NCBI GenBank assembly: GCA_012295275.1
Contig: CM022672.1
Location: 4,464,001-4,528,000 of the forward strand
Origin: Chrysomallon squamiferum
Taxonomy: Eukaryota; Animalia; Mollusca
Length of the DNA: 64,000 nucleotides
Direction of reading: 5' to 3'
The notes below the pieces were generated by a model. That model ran no database searches and was not told the origin of the DNA. It was given only the letters and a program-made list of their open reading frames with translations. A program made the translations under genes and the position numbers. This document shows positions 13,801-28,749 of the stretch, in pieces; position 1 is the stretch's first letter, and the number at the start of each line of letters is the position of its first letter.

Positions 13801-16800
13801 AATCTTAAGGACTTAAAGTGTAACCTCTATGCTGTTAAGGCTTAAAATGTAACCAGTGACTCCAAGGCTTAAAATAGGACCACTCTGACATGAAAGCTTC
13901 AAGTATAACCACAATTACACACACCAAAGCAGAAAATGTAACCGTAGTGCCATCGAGACTGAACTAAGGCTGCAAGTTGCAAGTAAATGACAAACCTGAT
14001 CTGATTTGCAGCTTCACTTCGAACTTTGAGTATTTCTTTTCCTTTTAGTTCAATCTCCTTGTTGAGCTTGTCCAGGATTTCGCTCTGACTTTGAAGATCG
14101 TTTTCAAGGTTTCTGACATGTCGTTCTCTGTGAACTATTTCTCCTTGAAGCTCTTCTGCCCTTATTTGATGATCTTTGTCCTGTTAAAAAAATGTATTGT
14201 CGATAAATCATAATTTTTATTATTAATAACTGATAATTACACTAATCTAAGGAAAGTATACAGAAATGTCTTTTCTTAAAGTACATTTTGATTGATGGGA
14301 AAGCAGATGTGAGAATTATACTTGTAATAACATGACACATAATCCACACCCACACACGTACCTACATATTCATACATCCATATCACCCCACATACAAACT
14401 CCTACAAATGTACACATGATTTTACTCTTGTTTACTATCAAGATTCATTATTTTTTGTTTACTTTTTGTTTAGAAATTTCCATAGCTCTGTCCAACTCCA
14501 TTCTAGCAGTGCGAAGTTCAGCCTCATGTGACTTTTTCAACCGCTCAAGTTCTTCAACATGTTGTTCCATTAATTTACTTCTTAGCAGATCTGTGAAACA
14601 AAATAATGAAAAAAACTTCAGCTTTATTTTTAGCTTTATTATTAGCACTATTACATAACTTGTGTATATATCTATATTTACATCAATGCACACAGTAATA
14701 ACGATATCTGTCAGACAAAACCTGTTGTCGTATCTCAAAGGATCTTTTATATGAATATTCTCATAGATAGTTAAACACATTTATCCTGCAATCACATTAT
14801 GTAGTGGCAATACTTGATGATGAGATAAATTTCTGTATTTTTGGACACAGTTACTTCTACTGTGTTTATTTGCTGGTTTAGATCCTAAAAGACAATTTTG
14901 AATTAAAATTTAAAAATTATTAAGAGAAATAACAAGTTAATCTTATTTAAGAAGTATTTGTTTTGATGTCTTGTGTATTTTTGACAGAACTGATCTGGGA
15001 AACAAAACAGTTAATTTCATTTAGTTTTGTATTATTTAGGATTGCAGGATAAAACAAATAACTGGTTACTGTCTTAAACATCAACGTTATCTTGATCAGG
15101 TCTAATGGGCCAATACATCTTGTCACAGCCTTGCTGAATCGGGTCATTCTTATCTTCACAGGATAAAACTGATATGTGAAGACAGTAACCTGTTATTCCC
15201 AATATATATATATCTGAGATGTCTATCTGTATGTAAGTGTCTCTGTGAATGTGTACGTGTGTTTTGCAATTAAGTTCAATCTGTTTTAATCAAATCAGCA
15301 CTACTGAAATGAACAGTACATCAAAATCTGTATCAATATATATCTCTATCTATCTATGTATGTCTGTCTGTCTGTCTGTATGTATGTATATGTATGTATG
15401 TATATGTGCGTGTGTGTGTTACAAATAATTTTTAATATATTAATTTCAAACTGCTATTAATTATATGAACAATGAAACTTATTTAAAGGTAAACTATAAA
15501 CTATGCAACAGGTATATTATGAATTATAGGTTCAGGTAACCATGAAAAACAAACTATGAAATGTATACCAAGTATCAAATGTAATGTATATCGTACGAAG
15601 AAATGTTTATTAATTTTAGGTTCAGTCATAAAATCTAATTTTAAATTATGCAATGCACATTAAATATGAAATGTACATTAAGATACACATTTAAACTATA
15701 AAACATATATTAAGATACACTGTTGAAGTATGAAAAATATAAAAAGGAGTAGTGTTACCTAAAGCCAGTTTGTGGTTCTCTGCTAGCTCTGTCAGTTCTT
15801 TGTGTTTGCTGTGCTCTGCCTGGTGTTGTAAGTTTTCCAGTGTCGCTTTGTGAGCCACCATCTGTGCCTGCATGTCTTCAATGTGCTTCGCTTTAACACT
15901 CGTTTCCCATGTCTGCAAGATTCACAAAACAGTACATACACCACCCTGCATAGCACTGCACAAGTATGTAGCAACACCTGGATGTACAGAACTTTTATAA
16001 ACACATTACGAAATATAGACATTGTTTAACTTTTAATACTTTCTAGTAACCAGTGTTTCATCAGCAGTGCAACAGTTATGGTCATTATTAAATCTTTTTC
16101 TATGATGTTTTGATTCCGAGTTTTTGTACTAAGTGATGGATGTCAATACTCATTTTGAGTTAAACCATCCTGTGAATCTTTCTTCTTAAACTTTTAGATT
16201 TAAGTAAAGCCTAATTTAATCGCATAGACCTATCTATAGTTAATTTTTTAATTTAATTATAATTAAGTCATTGTAAACATGCATTTTAGGTATGTTAGAC
16301 TAATTTAGTTTTTTTTTCAGCTACATCAATGCTGACAGTTATAAAGCTATCAGTTATTCCTATAGGGCCTGTGTATTTTCTCTCTAAGTAAAAGTCAGTT
16401 ACCAATTTTCAAAACTACTTCAGCTTTGTGGATGTTGGTAGAACCTTAAAACATGTTCTTGTTATTATTAAAAATATACTGGAAGAGAATTTAACATTCA
16501 GAGAGAAATTAATATTTTCAAAAAGTATTACCATTATTATTATTATTATTATTATTATTTTTTTTTTTTTAAATGAAAGAAATGCTATTCCTGGTAAAAA
16601 GGATATCCTCAAAGCACATTAAAACATTAAAACATGCAAACATTTTCACAGGTGTTCACCAAATGACAAATAACCAAATTGTGTACTGGATTTGATCCTG
16701 GGACCAGACAAGCTAACAACAAATAAGCATGACCTTCATTAAAGAAAATGGAAAATGTATTTAAATACAGAATATCTTCTAAATTAAAATCAAAATTATG

Positions 16801-16898
16801 ACGATCAGAACTACAATCAACTCAAAATAAACCAATCTTGCCACTTTCAAACACAGCACAATTAAACATTATAATCTATAATATATTCAAAATGGTAT

Positions 16899-16934
<36 letters not shown>

Positions 16935-19900
16935 AGCAAAATGTAAACACACCTTACTTTTAAATATAATAAATATATATAATCATCTTTGAAAATAAAC
17001 AAAAACTTAGACAAAATAAGAAAACACTTCAATTTGAAAATTTAAATTTATGAAAAAGAAAAATAATCATATCCGCAAAGACAAACAGCAAAACAAAAAT
17101 ACTCTGTGGCTGTAACAATAAACACAGACAGGCTGTGAAATCCATTAGAGATTTAAAAAGTTTTATAACAAGTATATATTTGTTAAGGAACACACACACA
17201 GCTGTCTGTCGATTTTGATTTGCATGTCTGTATGTATGTCTATTTACAAGTTTTATCTATATACATGCAGCTGAATTCTTACACACAATCAGCTCACAAT
17301 TATAGACACACACATATATGCATGCATGAACACAAACACACATACACACATGCATATATGCATGCATGGACACACACACACACACACACAAGTTAGTGTA
17401 AATCTGCACACAAAACTCTGAAAAACATTAACAGATGGAACATGGAAATAAAAATACATCTGTTCTGTTAAACAAACAAATAAAAACAAACCCACCCCTT
17501 CCGACCACCATCAAGAGAAATAAACCATATCTGCCATTTCTAAATGGAACCGATTTCAACTTTAACATTTAAAAGAAAAAAAAAATTAAATTTAAAATTA
17601 AATAAAATAAAATAAATAATCACATCTGAAAAGATAAAAGCATCAAAATGAAAACACACTGGAAAAACCAACAAAAATATAAAACAAATTCAAGACAAAA
17701 TCAAATTCAGCTTTATCTATCAATTTTAATGCAAAATAACAACAGAGCAACCAAATCCGCAACCAACAGAAAAAAAAAGATACAGGAAAAAAATTAGCAT
17801 ACATAACAATAAATGGCTTTAAAGTACACCAGGCTTACACAGCTATTTAACAAGTATGTACATAAAAAAAATATATAAATAAATAAATAAAAAAAATATA
17901 TATATAAATAAAAAAAAAAAAATATATATAAATAAAAAAAAAAAAAAATAAAAATTAAAAATAAAACAAACAAAAACCCCCATAAAAAACAAAGTATTAC
18001 AGCTCTACATCCAATATTTGTTGTGTTTAAACACAAACTTACTTGTCAGTACATTCATTATTACATACATCACTGCCACATCACACTAAGACTATCACAC
18101 AAAGATGAAAATATAAACTTAGGGAAACAGCCACCATAAACACAGATAAATTTAAACGGATACATAAATAGAGATAAACATATAACCAACATTAATGCCA
18201 CATCATAAAAAAAAAAAACAATAGCAATTGTATCCATCAAAGATGGTGGGGTAGGAAAAAAAAAAAAAAAAAAAATTAAATAAATAATATAAAACATCAC
18301 AAACAAAAAAAAAAGAAGAAAAAAAAGAAAACATCTTAGAAGACCACCGCAATCATTCTAAATAAATCAGATGTGCAGTTTCTCAAGAGAAGACAACTTC
18401 AGTATTTAAAATTCATTGAACACATAATCAGATGGGAAAGGAAAATGAAAACACTCCAGAGCCATAACAATAAACATGGAGGGCTGTAAAGTGTATCAGA
18501 GGTTTACAAAGCTGTCTAACAAGCCAGTCAGACATTTATTATTGCCCTGATACACGTAACCATAAAAGAAGTATATAACGGTAGAAAACATCACTGCATC
18601 AACCTGTTTATGTTTTGTAGATAATCTCAAATACCATTACAGACATTTATTACTCTTCTGGCTGTAAGGAACAAGGGTAACATTATTGGAGAAAAACTCA
18701 GATAAGAAAGTCGAGTAGCACATAAAGGTTACAGTATTACAGCATACATTATTTTGAGAATGGAACTGAAAAATCTAGACTTGCCAGTGTTTTTAAATTT
18801 ATGTACTCTTTAGTAACAGTTTTAGAAGAAGAACCTGTATTGAAGTAGAGCAAACTGTCTGGAGTGGTTTTGTGATATAATGTAGTTATCATTTCTGTTA
18901 TATCCTAGCCTCAAAAAATAACAGTATGATATATTCTTTTCCCATCAGTCTCTCCATTCATACAAAAATGTACATTAATGTTTATTTTTCTAAATGACAA
19001 ACTTTGTAAAATTATAAAAATCCATTCACTGATCAATTAATTTGTCGATTTTTATTTTCATTAAAAAACAACAATAAACAAACAAACCTCCCCAAAACCC
19101 CCACCTATATCAGTATTATTTTTCTATTTATATATTTTAACAACCATAATAACAAAAAAACAACAAAACTGTGAATACTAATTTTTCTGATATTACTATT
19201 AATACTGCTGCTTCTACTACTATTATACTAGTATTGCTTTTACAACTACTATATTAGTATTATTACTTCATTTACTACTATACTAGTATTACTACTCATA
19301 CTATTGCCACAACTACTGCTATTGCTATAGCTACTATCACTACTGTGGTTACTACTTTAAAAAAATTCTAATGCCGTTTTATTTTTTTTAAATTTTTTTT
19401 AAATGCAATATGAATCAAGTCTACATCACACTGTAAGACTGTGAACGTGCAAAAGTTCACAATCATATTCAGACACTGCTGCTATATTTGTGAAATTATC
19501 TCCCCAGTGTGTAAAAATAGTGTATTCTTTGGACAGGAGATGAAATCGGTTTGACGGACCCATGCAATCCGGTGCTATTAAAACAACATTTCCTGTCGGG
19601 ATTACGTGGGTGAGAACAAAAACTCTTTGAACTGGAAAGACGGCTGTGGTTCAGGTGGAAGCTAATTGAGAAGTTGATTAGAACAGAAGCCTGTTTCTTA
19701 AACAACATGCACGCCCTCGCATGCACGCTGACGCCCATGTGGGAGACGTGCACGATGATGTGACTACCTGTATGCGAATACTTAATACAAATGGGTGTAT
19801 GTATAAAGTTACTGTTTACATGTATATGAGTATTTGTCTGTGTGTGTGTGTGTGTGTGTGTGCTGTTTTTCTTTGTGTGTGTGTATGTAAAGTTATGTAT

Positions 19901-21403
19901 GTGCTGATTTATTTGCTTGTGTATATGTTTGTGTGTATATTTGTATGTAAACCAGTGTATATGCTGATGTATTTGTGTGTGTGTCTATATGTCTGCATGT
20001 AAACTAGTATTGATGCTGATGATGTGTGTGTGTATGTGCCTGTGCATCTATGACCTGATACAATGACTGTAATGTAAAGATACAACTGTAACAGTGTAAG
20101 CCATGCTATAAAAGTTACAGTAAATTTAACTATCAGTGTTGCCCATGATTTAATGTCTAATGTGATAATAAATGTCCAGATAAATGTAACTAAATGTGAA
20201 ATGATTAACTGGAAAAGTGAATGTAGATTGAGCTTAAATGTGTGCAGTTTAACAGTACATGCCTGTGATTTAACACAAAATACACATGCACTGATGTATG
20301 CACATATCTGCTTTGTAAAATATCCACATGCTAAAAAACATTTGCCAATGTTAAACTTGCCAACATAATCCAGCAGCTTGTTAAATGATAAAACATGAAT
20401 GAAAAAAAAAAAAAAAAAAATATATGTTTTACTTTGATTTACTTATCAAAATTAAAAACACTTACTTGAACCTGTACATTTTTTAGAACTTTTGACTCGT
20501 TTAATAATTTTTAGAACTGATTTTGACTGAGCATAATTTAATAACATTTGGTCTTTTTTTTTGATTATTATTCTAATTTTTTTTTTTTTTAAATGAATAT
20601 GTACACTTGCACATGCAAAGCCAAACTGATAACTGGTTCTGTAATTACATAGTTACTGTGGGTGACTGAATATTGTTTTATTATCCAAAGTCCCTCTTAA
20701 ATCATTCTGGTTCTGCACTTGATACATCATAAAAAACTCTTACTCAGGGTTTTGATTGCTATTAAATGTAACAGGCTTTGCCATTGGCTGGATGAAACCT
20801 AAGTAAACCTATCAGAATGTAGGATACATCATGGCTAAAAACAGTAATATAAAAAGTGTGTTCCTTCAGCTCTGAAGCTGTTAATTTGCTGGTAACAAAC
20901 TAAAATATTTAATAAAGCTCACACAACACAGAACCCACCAGAAAGATTTCTCTAAAGGCTAATTTTTTTTTTTTACATTTCAGAAATACAAAGAATTAAA
21001 AACTAAATTAAAATCCTTACCTCCATGGTGCTCTTGAAACCTTCCTTCAGTTTGAAGATCTCTTCTCTGTGAATCAGTTCTAGTTCTTCTATTTGTTTGG
21101 CATAGCTGGCTGCAGCATCGCTCATTTCCTTTTTAAGACGTTGACGTTCTTCCTCAGCTTCTGCAGTCAGCTTGTCCTTCATGCTGGCTGACTTGTTTTC
21201 ATTCTGCAGAATGTTCTGTAGCAGATTTTCTATCTGTGGATGTTAAAAAAGGTAAAGAAAAATAAACATCTAAAGTAACAAATAAGTACGCAGGTAAATA
21301 AATAATGTAAGAAGATAAACAAGTTAGAAATTCAAATAGTTAATTAGAAAGGTTTATAAAAGAAATAAAGAATAAAAAAAAAAAAAGAAAAGAAAAGTAT
21401 CTA

Positions 21404-21443
<40 letters not shown>

Positions 21444-22213
21444 TAAAAAATACGGTAAAGAACATCACAAAAAAAAAAAAAAAAATTAAAATTAAGAAAG
21501 AAAAAGAAAAGCATGTAAATAATAATAATAAAAAATAAAATAAATAAATAGAGTAAAAAAAAATTCCCAGACAGAAATCCACACGTGGATTTTCAAACTG
21601 TTATATCTTTTTATCTTTATTACAAGCTGAAGAGCATAATATAATCAAGTAGCTGTCTTCTTCATTCACAGACTAATCTCCACTGCTATTTCATGTAAAA
21701 AAAAATTAAATTAATAAAACCGGCGTTTTTTATGCCATTAAGTAATTTTGTAAACATTAACCAGTGTTTACGGTCCAGGACATTAGGTATGAAACCTTGA
21801 GACTGGTACACAGTGATACTGCTTTAGATGTAAGACTACTATCATCTCTTCCCACTAACTAACCCTTTAACATACTAACATTGTAACACAGGGCAGTTAA
21901 CTGAGACAGATGGAGCTGAACCCTCAGAGGAGACAAGTACATTTCAGTTAGTTGGTTGATGGATTCCAGGACGCAAGCTTTCAGTCAGTGTTATTATTTC
22001 AGCTTTAACAAACTACTGAAATAGTTTGCTAGAATGAGGTTAACTATAAAACCTGAGAATTATTTTATTTATTTCTTTTGTTATTTTCTTTTATAGCAGT
22101 TACAAAAAACCAAAAAAAAATACCCCAAAAAACAAACAAATATAAAAATCACTTAAAGACTCCTCTCACTGAAAAAATAATCAAACTAAATAACAAAATG
22201 TTCTGGTTTTAAG

Positions 22214-22248
<35 letters not shown>

Positions 22249-22305
22249 CAAAATTAAAATATATTTTTTTTTTTCATCCTTTCCCAGGACAAAGATAACT
22301 TAAAG

Positions 22306-22340
<35 letters not shown>

Positions 22341-25300
22341 GCATACATCTGTCCCTCATCTTTCAACATTTACAATTGTCTTCCTTTGTTCTCATCCATT
22401 CTCAAATCACACTGAAGGAAATTGGTTCCATTGTTTCTCATATTTACCTGTAATTGGTAGAGCATTCCACTGGGGTGCAGCTGTTAAACTGTTAAAGTGT
22501 TTTGTTTTGTTGCTGGAATGTTTAAGGAATGAGTTACATGTAATTATTCCAGTGTTAACAGAACATAGACGTTTGTTTGTCTTCATCATCAAGAGACAGA
22601 TAAGTTTATCTCCTTCTCAATTTGTTTTGTTCACGGATAGCTGGTGAAAGATTTAATGTGGGGAGGGAAGGCCTGTATGGTATGAATTAAAGAGTATTTT
22701 GTGTTGCAGCGTGGTCTTTTGATCTCAAGTTTTGCTGAGTGAAATAGCACGTTTTTTCCTTTTTTTTTTTTTTTTTTAAGAATTTTTATTTTATTTACTT
22801 ATTTTGTTATAATCATGAATGAAGTATGATTTTGTTTTATCCCTTGGTTTTCTCTGTTAAATTAAATATAAAATAACAAAGAAATTTTAAAAATAAAAAT
22901 ATAAATAAAAACAAGTAAAAGGAATATTTATTGAATTTTATGTACAACTTCTTATATTGTAACTAACAACTCCCCTACAAAAAAAATAAATAATACAAAC
23001 CCCCCAAAACCAAACCAAAAATGTAAAAAAAAAAAAAAAAAATAATAAAAAAAATAATAATAAAAAAAAATAACAAAAGAAAATAATAGTAAAGTTAAAA
23101 TTAAAGAACAGATAATGCTGTTCAAGCACCACTTACCTGTTTCTGTAAATCAGTTATTTTTCTCTCCAGACTGGATCTGACTGATGAAATTTCTTCATCT
23201 TTCAACGAAGCTAGTTTATTCAAAGCTGCCTTTTGTTCATCTTCCTTCTGCTGTGTCAGTTCCTCCTGCAGTTTCTTACATTCAGTTCTACATTAAAAAC
23301 AAATATTCTTTGTTAATTTATTAAAAATTGAATTAAAAAAAAAAGTAGAAAATAATAATTAAAAAAATTCAAACAAAAAATATTAAGACTAAAAATGAAA
23401 ACCCCACAAAACTTACCAATAACAATAGTGAACAGTTTGTTCTACTTTAAAAATTAATGATAATAAATAGTAAAAATAAAAATAAAAGTTACAAAATTTA
23501 ATATAAAGTTTACTGAAATCAATAGCCCAATCTCTCTCTCCAAAAACATCTGCACACATAAACTTCTATTAATATTATTACTATCCCAGTAGTTATAATA
23601 TGAATGCTACCTATACTAATACTACTGCAACTACAACCATTACTACTACCATTACAAACACTACACTGTATCTACCAAAACCTTGCTTCAACAATCACCA
23701 ATACTTCATCTTCAACTGCTACATTAATACCATATTATTACTATACAACAACTAGAAAACTATCACTACAACTTCAACTAACTAAACTAATTCTATGTTA
23801 CTACTTCTCAAAACTACTAAATTAATACTAAATTACAACTACTACCACTCCTATTTATTCACACTTCCATATTCTGATCAAAGTCTGCAGATTTATTGTT
23901 TTCCATTAAAAGGTTTTATTATAAACATGTATAGTTAAAAAACTAAATTTTAATAAGAGTAAATAACTAAGAAAGTAAAATGCTGTGATATTACTGTAAA
24001 AAAAGAAGAAAAAGGACTGACCTCATAGTTTCTGTCCACTTGTTGTCCAGCTGGGCAGCGAGGTTTTCTAGTCGAGTTTTCATCTCCAGCTGATGTTCAG
24101 TCAGTTTACTTTCATGGAGTAGATGAAGTTTTTCCAACTCAGCCTAAAATTGAGTAAAACATTTCAAAATAATTTCATAAAAGAATAAATGTACTGAAAC
24201 ATTTCTTTAATTTTCTGCACAACCACATGCTCTACCCCTCCCCATACATACATATAATCACAAAAGATGAATATACAGGTTAGGAATCCTTTATTCCAAA
24301 TGCTTGGCACTGAAAGTGTTTTGGATTTCAGAACTTTTAAAATTTTGGAATATAAGGCAAATTGCCTGAGAATAGAATCTAAGTCTAAACAGAAATTCCA
24401 TTTATATTTCATGTAAGCTTATATTAATAGTCTCAAGGATTTTTTTTTTTTTTATATAATAGTTTTAATAATGTTTTAGATAAAATGTGCAAAACAATCT
24501 GAAAACTGTACGATATCACTATTTCTGCAACTTGAAAAAGTTTTGAATTTCAGAATTTCAGATAAGGAATCATCAACCTGTACATAATGGATTGAATAAA
24601 TGTAACATGAAGGTGTACAGGACCATGAAATACATGTTCACAGATTACTTCAAAAATCCATGCTGACAAATATAACTGTAGCAAAAAATAATAACTACAA
24701 AGTAACAAAAGAATTTACAGTGATAATAATTAATACATTTATCAATTTAATAAAATGCAGCTGTGACCTTGACTGGTTCATTTGCTGTAGTGAAGAAATA
24801 ACTAAAGGATCTGAACTGTGTGCCAGATTCATGCAAACTCCATTAACATAAAAAACCCATTTCTGGCTCCAGATCATAATACCAAAATTTGTTTTTATAT
24901 ACAAAATAAAGTCTGATGTTTATCATCACCACTACCTCATTCTGAAACACAGCAGCTGTAACATTGTGTTCAAACTTTACCATAAAAAGGTTTTTCAAGA
25001 TTTTATCACAATATTCACATATGACTGGAATTTCTTATATTTTATTTGATAATTTTTCCCTTGTATTTCTTTTGTAGTCACAATTCCCTTTAAAATAATT
25101 AGGTTCATCCTTTGGTAAAGCATTCACCAGTTTGAAAAGCATTGCTTTACGATAACGACATTTTCAACCGCACTTTTTTTTTTTATAAGTGAAACATTTT
25201 TAAAATTCATCTAATAATCAAGTTTATTACAATAATATTTAATATAAACACCCTTTAATTATTAATGTTACTAGTAACATAATTTTAGTAAATTAAAATA

Positions 25301-26548
25301 TTATTCAAGTCAGACAAAGGTGTAAAAAAGAAAGAAAGAAAAAAGACATATCTAAAAGATTAAATGAAGAGTGAGATGCAGACAACAAGTTTTTATCAAA
25401 AACTATCAAATTTAAACTGAAAAAAAAACAGAGAACAAAGTGACACTGACAATAAAGAGAGATGACAAGGCTTGAACTCAGAATGAACTAAAACTGAAAA
25501 ATAAAAGATAATCATGTCACAGAGAGAGAGAGAAAAAAATACATATAATTGGTGTATAGATGTATTTATCTAGAACTTGACTTCTAGGATATATAAAAAA
25601 GACCAACCCACAAAACATAAAAATATCCGCTTTTCAGTCAGTTAGTGATAAATGTAAGTTGTAAATAACACTTGATAACAAAAATACATGAACTCTAGGA
25701 ACAAGTTCTAAAAAAAAAAAAAAAAAACATCAACTGAAAAATGTTTTTCAACAATTTATAAACAGATAAAATAAAGATGAAAATATAATTTGTGGATGGT
25801 TTGTTTTATCTATGACTTTTCTAGTTCTAAATTGACTTTGTAAAGTAAAAGATTAGTATTTTCAAATTAATTTATTTGATATATTTCTTAAAATAAAGAC
25901 ATAAAGCATTTTTACATTTTGGTAAATATAGTTTAAACTTCGGATAATATATTTACATATTTCAAAGGTTTCTGCTTAATTATAATCACTCCAAAGAACG
26001 GATAAAGTAAAATAAAAAAAAAAAAAAATAAAAAAAAAATAATAATAATAATAATAATAATAAAAATAATAAAGTAAATGAAGCAAAATTTATAAAACTA
26101 AATAAAAACTATCTTGCTGAGATAATTTTAATTATCAAGTGCATGCACACTCCACACTCAATTTAAAGTGCTCACCAGCTTGTTAATATTTGTGCTAGTC
26201 ACCTGACTTAGCAATATTTAAATTTCATGTTATTCATTTTTAAATGTCTTCTTTGTAGTGGAAAATGATGAAAATGTTTCTTGATTTTGAGTTTCAGCAC
26301 ATAATTTGTTAATCAAAGTAACCACTGAATACATTTTAAAAACAAGAACAACAAAATCACTGCTTTTAAGAACAGATCTTTTTCCTTTTTTATACATTTA
26401 TTTAGTTTAAAAAGTTGAAAACAGCATTAATGAAATGTATTTTAAAATAGTTATAAATAAGATGTGACGGTTTGTGTGACTTGGAAACAATTAACAACAA
26501 CAGATTTCGAAGAGGGAAATTAATTCTAAATGAATTTGTGTTTTCTCT

Positions 26549-26625
<77 letters not shown>

Positions 26626-28704
26626 TCATACAATGGTATGAGGTAGGAAATCTGCTTTCACAGTTGCAACAGCTATATCTACCAGTGCAGTAAGAGATCT
26701 TTCAAGAGCATCTTCTCACATACACAAACACACACAAAAAGCATAAACCACTTTGTTTGATAAACCGGTCATGTGGGGAAATGGCTTGAACAAGAAAAAG
26801 CCCAACAGGCTCACACTGGGAACTGATCCTGTGACCTCATACCAGCGAAATAATCACTGAACTAGACACCACTTCCTGATACCAAAACAGATCAAATTTA
26901 ATTTTCCGATACATACTTCCTTTACTTACAGACATAAACTTGTTAACCTCTATATGAAATGAGACTAAGAAGACTGATATTGTAAAATACAACTGCACCT
27001 ATATCACTACACACTTTGTGGCAAGACACAATTTAGCAGTAAAATGTTCTTCCTAAGGCATGGTGAATTTGGTGGCCCAGTGTAACATTTTCTGTAATGA
27101 GCTTTTGTGTGACTAGTATACATAACATCTTGAATACAGCAAAATGCAATGTGGAAGATTCCCTTGCTACTATAACTGTAAGCGTCTTCTAACTACCAAA
27201 TGGTTTAATAACAAATAGCTGATTACAGAAAATGAATCAGTGTGATATTAATACAATTCAGTCTCTGTGCACACACAACAGGCACCCATTCTGTATCACA
27301 CACAATATCTCTCACAGACAAACTAACAAACCAAAAATATAAAAAACCTACACATTCTTGGTAAGTTGTTTAGCAAAGAGTATTAACAAAACATACATCA
27401 TAAAATACCAATATCCAACTTTTACTCCTCTCTCTTTGTGTGTGTGCATGCATATGTGTGTGTGTGTGTGTGTGAACATGGGAGTGTCTGTGTGTGTGCA
27501 TGCATACACATACATACACACACATATACAAAGAGAGAGGAGTAAAAGATGGGTATTAGTATTTTACGATGTATGTTTAGTTAATACTCTTTGCTAAACA
27601 ACTTAACAAGAACTTTCTTTTTTTTTTTTTTTTTTGTCAGTTTGTATGTGTTAGATATTGTGTTAACATGGCCAGTACTACAGTAGCCTGTGGTTAGTAC
27701 AGAAAGTGTTTTTGTATTTCCAGTCTAAGAGGTCTGTCAAGCACACAGCAGGTCAGGACTTGAGGAAACAAGGGTTGACATCAACAACATAATGAAGAGG
27801 AAGTGGACCGGGACTTGGTTCAAGTGTCTGCCCTTCACTGGCTATCAAGTGTAAAGTTAATTTATTAAAGTACTTTCACAGTCAGTGTAAAACAGTATAA
27901 ACTTCTATGTTACTCTTCCTACAGAAATCAAACATAAATACAGAAACATACAACATACACCTCAAATACTCATTATCTGTATAGCAATATATACAACATG
28001 TGCCTGTAGACATACAAATATTTATCCTCTTACATGTAAAATAAACAAACACACACACACACACACAAACACAAACACATGCACATGCACATGCTTTTTC
28101 AAACTATTTATTTAAAAATAAAAAAAAAAAAAATAAAACCCTCTCGGGGAACAGAAACAGCAACTTATAAAAGATAAAAAACCCACAAAAAACATATATA
28201 TATATATATACACACACACACATACTGAGAGAGAGAAAAAGAGAAGAGAAAGAATGAGAGATAAAAAAGAAAATTAGTGTTAGAATTAGACAGAGGGATA
28301 GCACCAGATAAACCCTTCCAACATTTCATATATCAATGTTTTCACATTTCGTCTGTGACATTTAGTGTGATTTACTGTAAAACTGTATCATTTTATTTCT
28401 TGCAGACGAAGGTCAAAATTCTTGTAATTGCTTCATTTGATTATACAAACAAGAATAATGGACAGGATGTTTTCACCTTCTGGATCTGAAGAACATTCAG
28501 AAGAATCCTTGATGTTTGTGTGTTAAGAACTCTGTCAAATGTCATGTATTTCAGTAAAAAGAAAATAAATAAATTCTTTATTTTCATAGGACAATATTTG
28601 CAAAGGAACAAAAAGTAAGAAATGACGAGAGAAATTAAAATAAAAATAAAAATTAACACAAAACAAAAGGTCAACCTTATATATGTATATATATGTGTAT
28701 GTAT

Positions 28705-28749
<45 letters not shown>

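Noticed and set aside
19530-19765. + frame peptide ...EQKLFELERRLWFRWK... resembling homeodomain helix 1
   Set aside because: In-frame stop immediately upstream, no helix 2/3 continuation and no suitable splice sites; likely coincidence.
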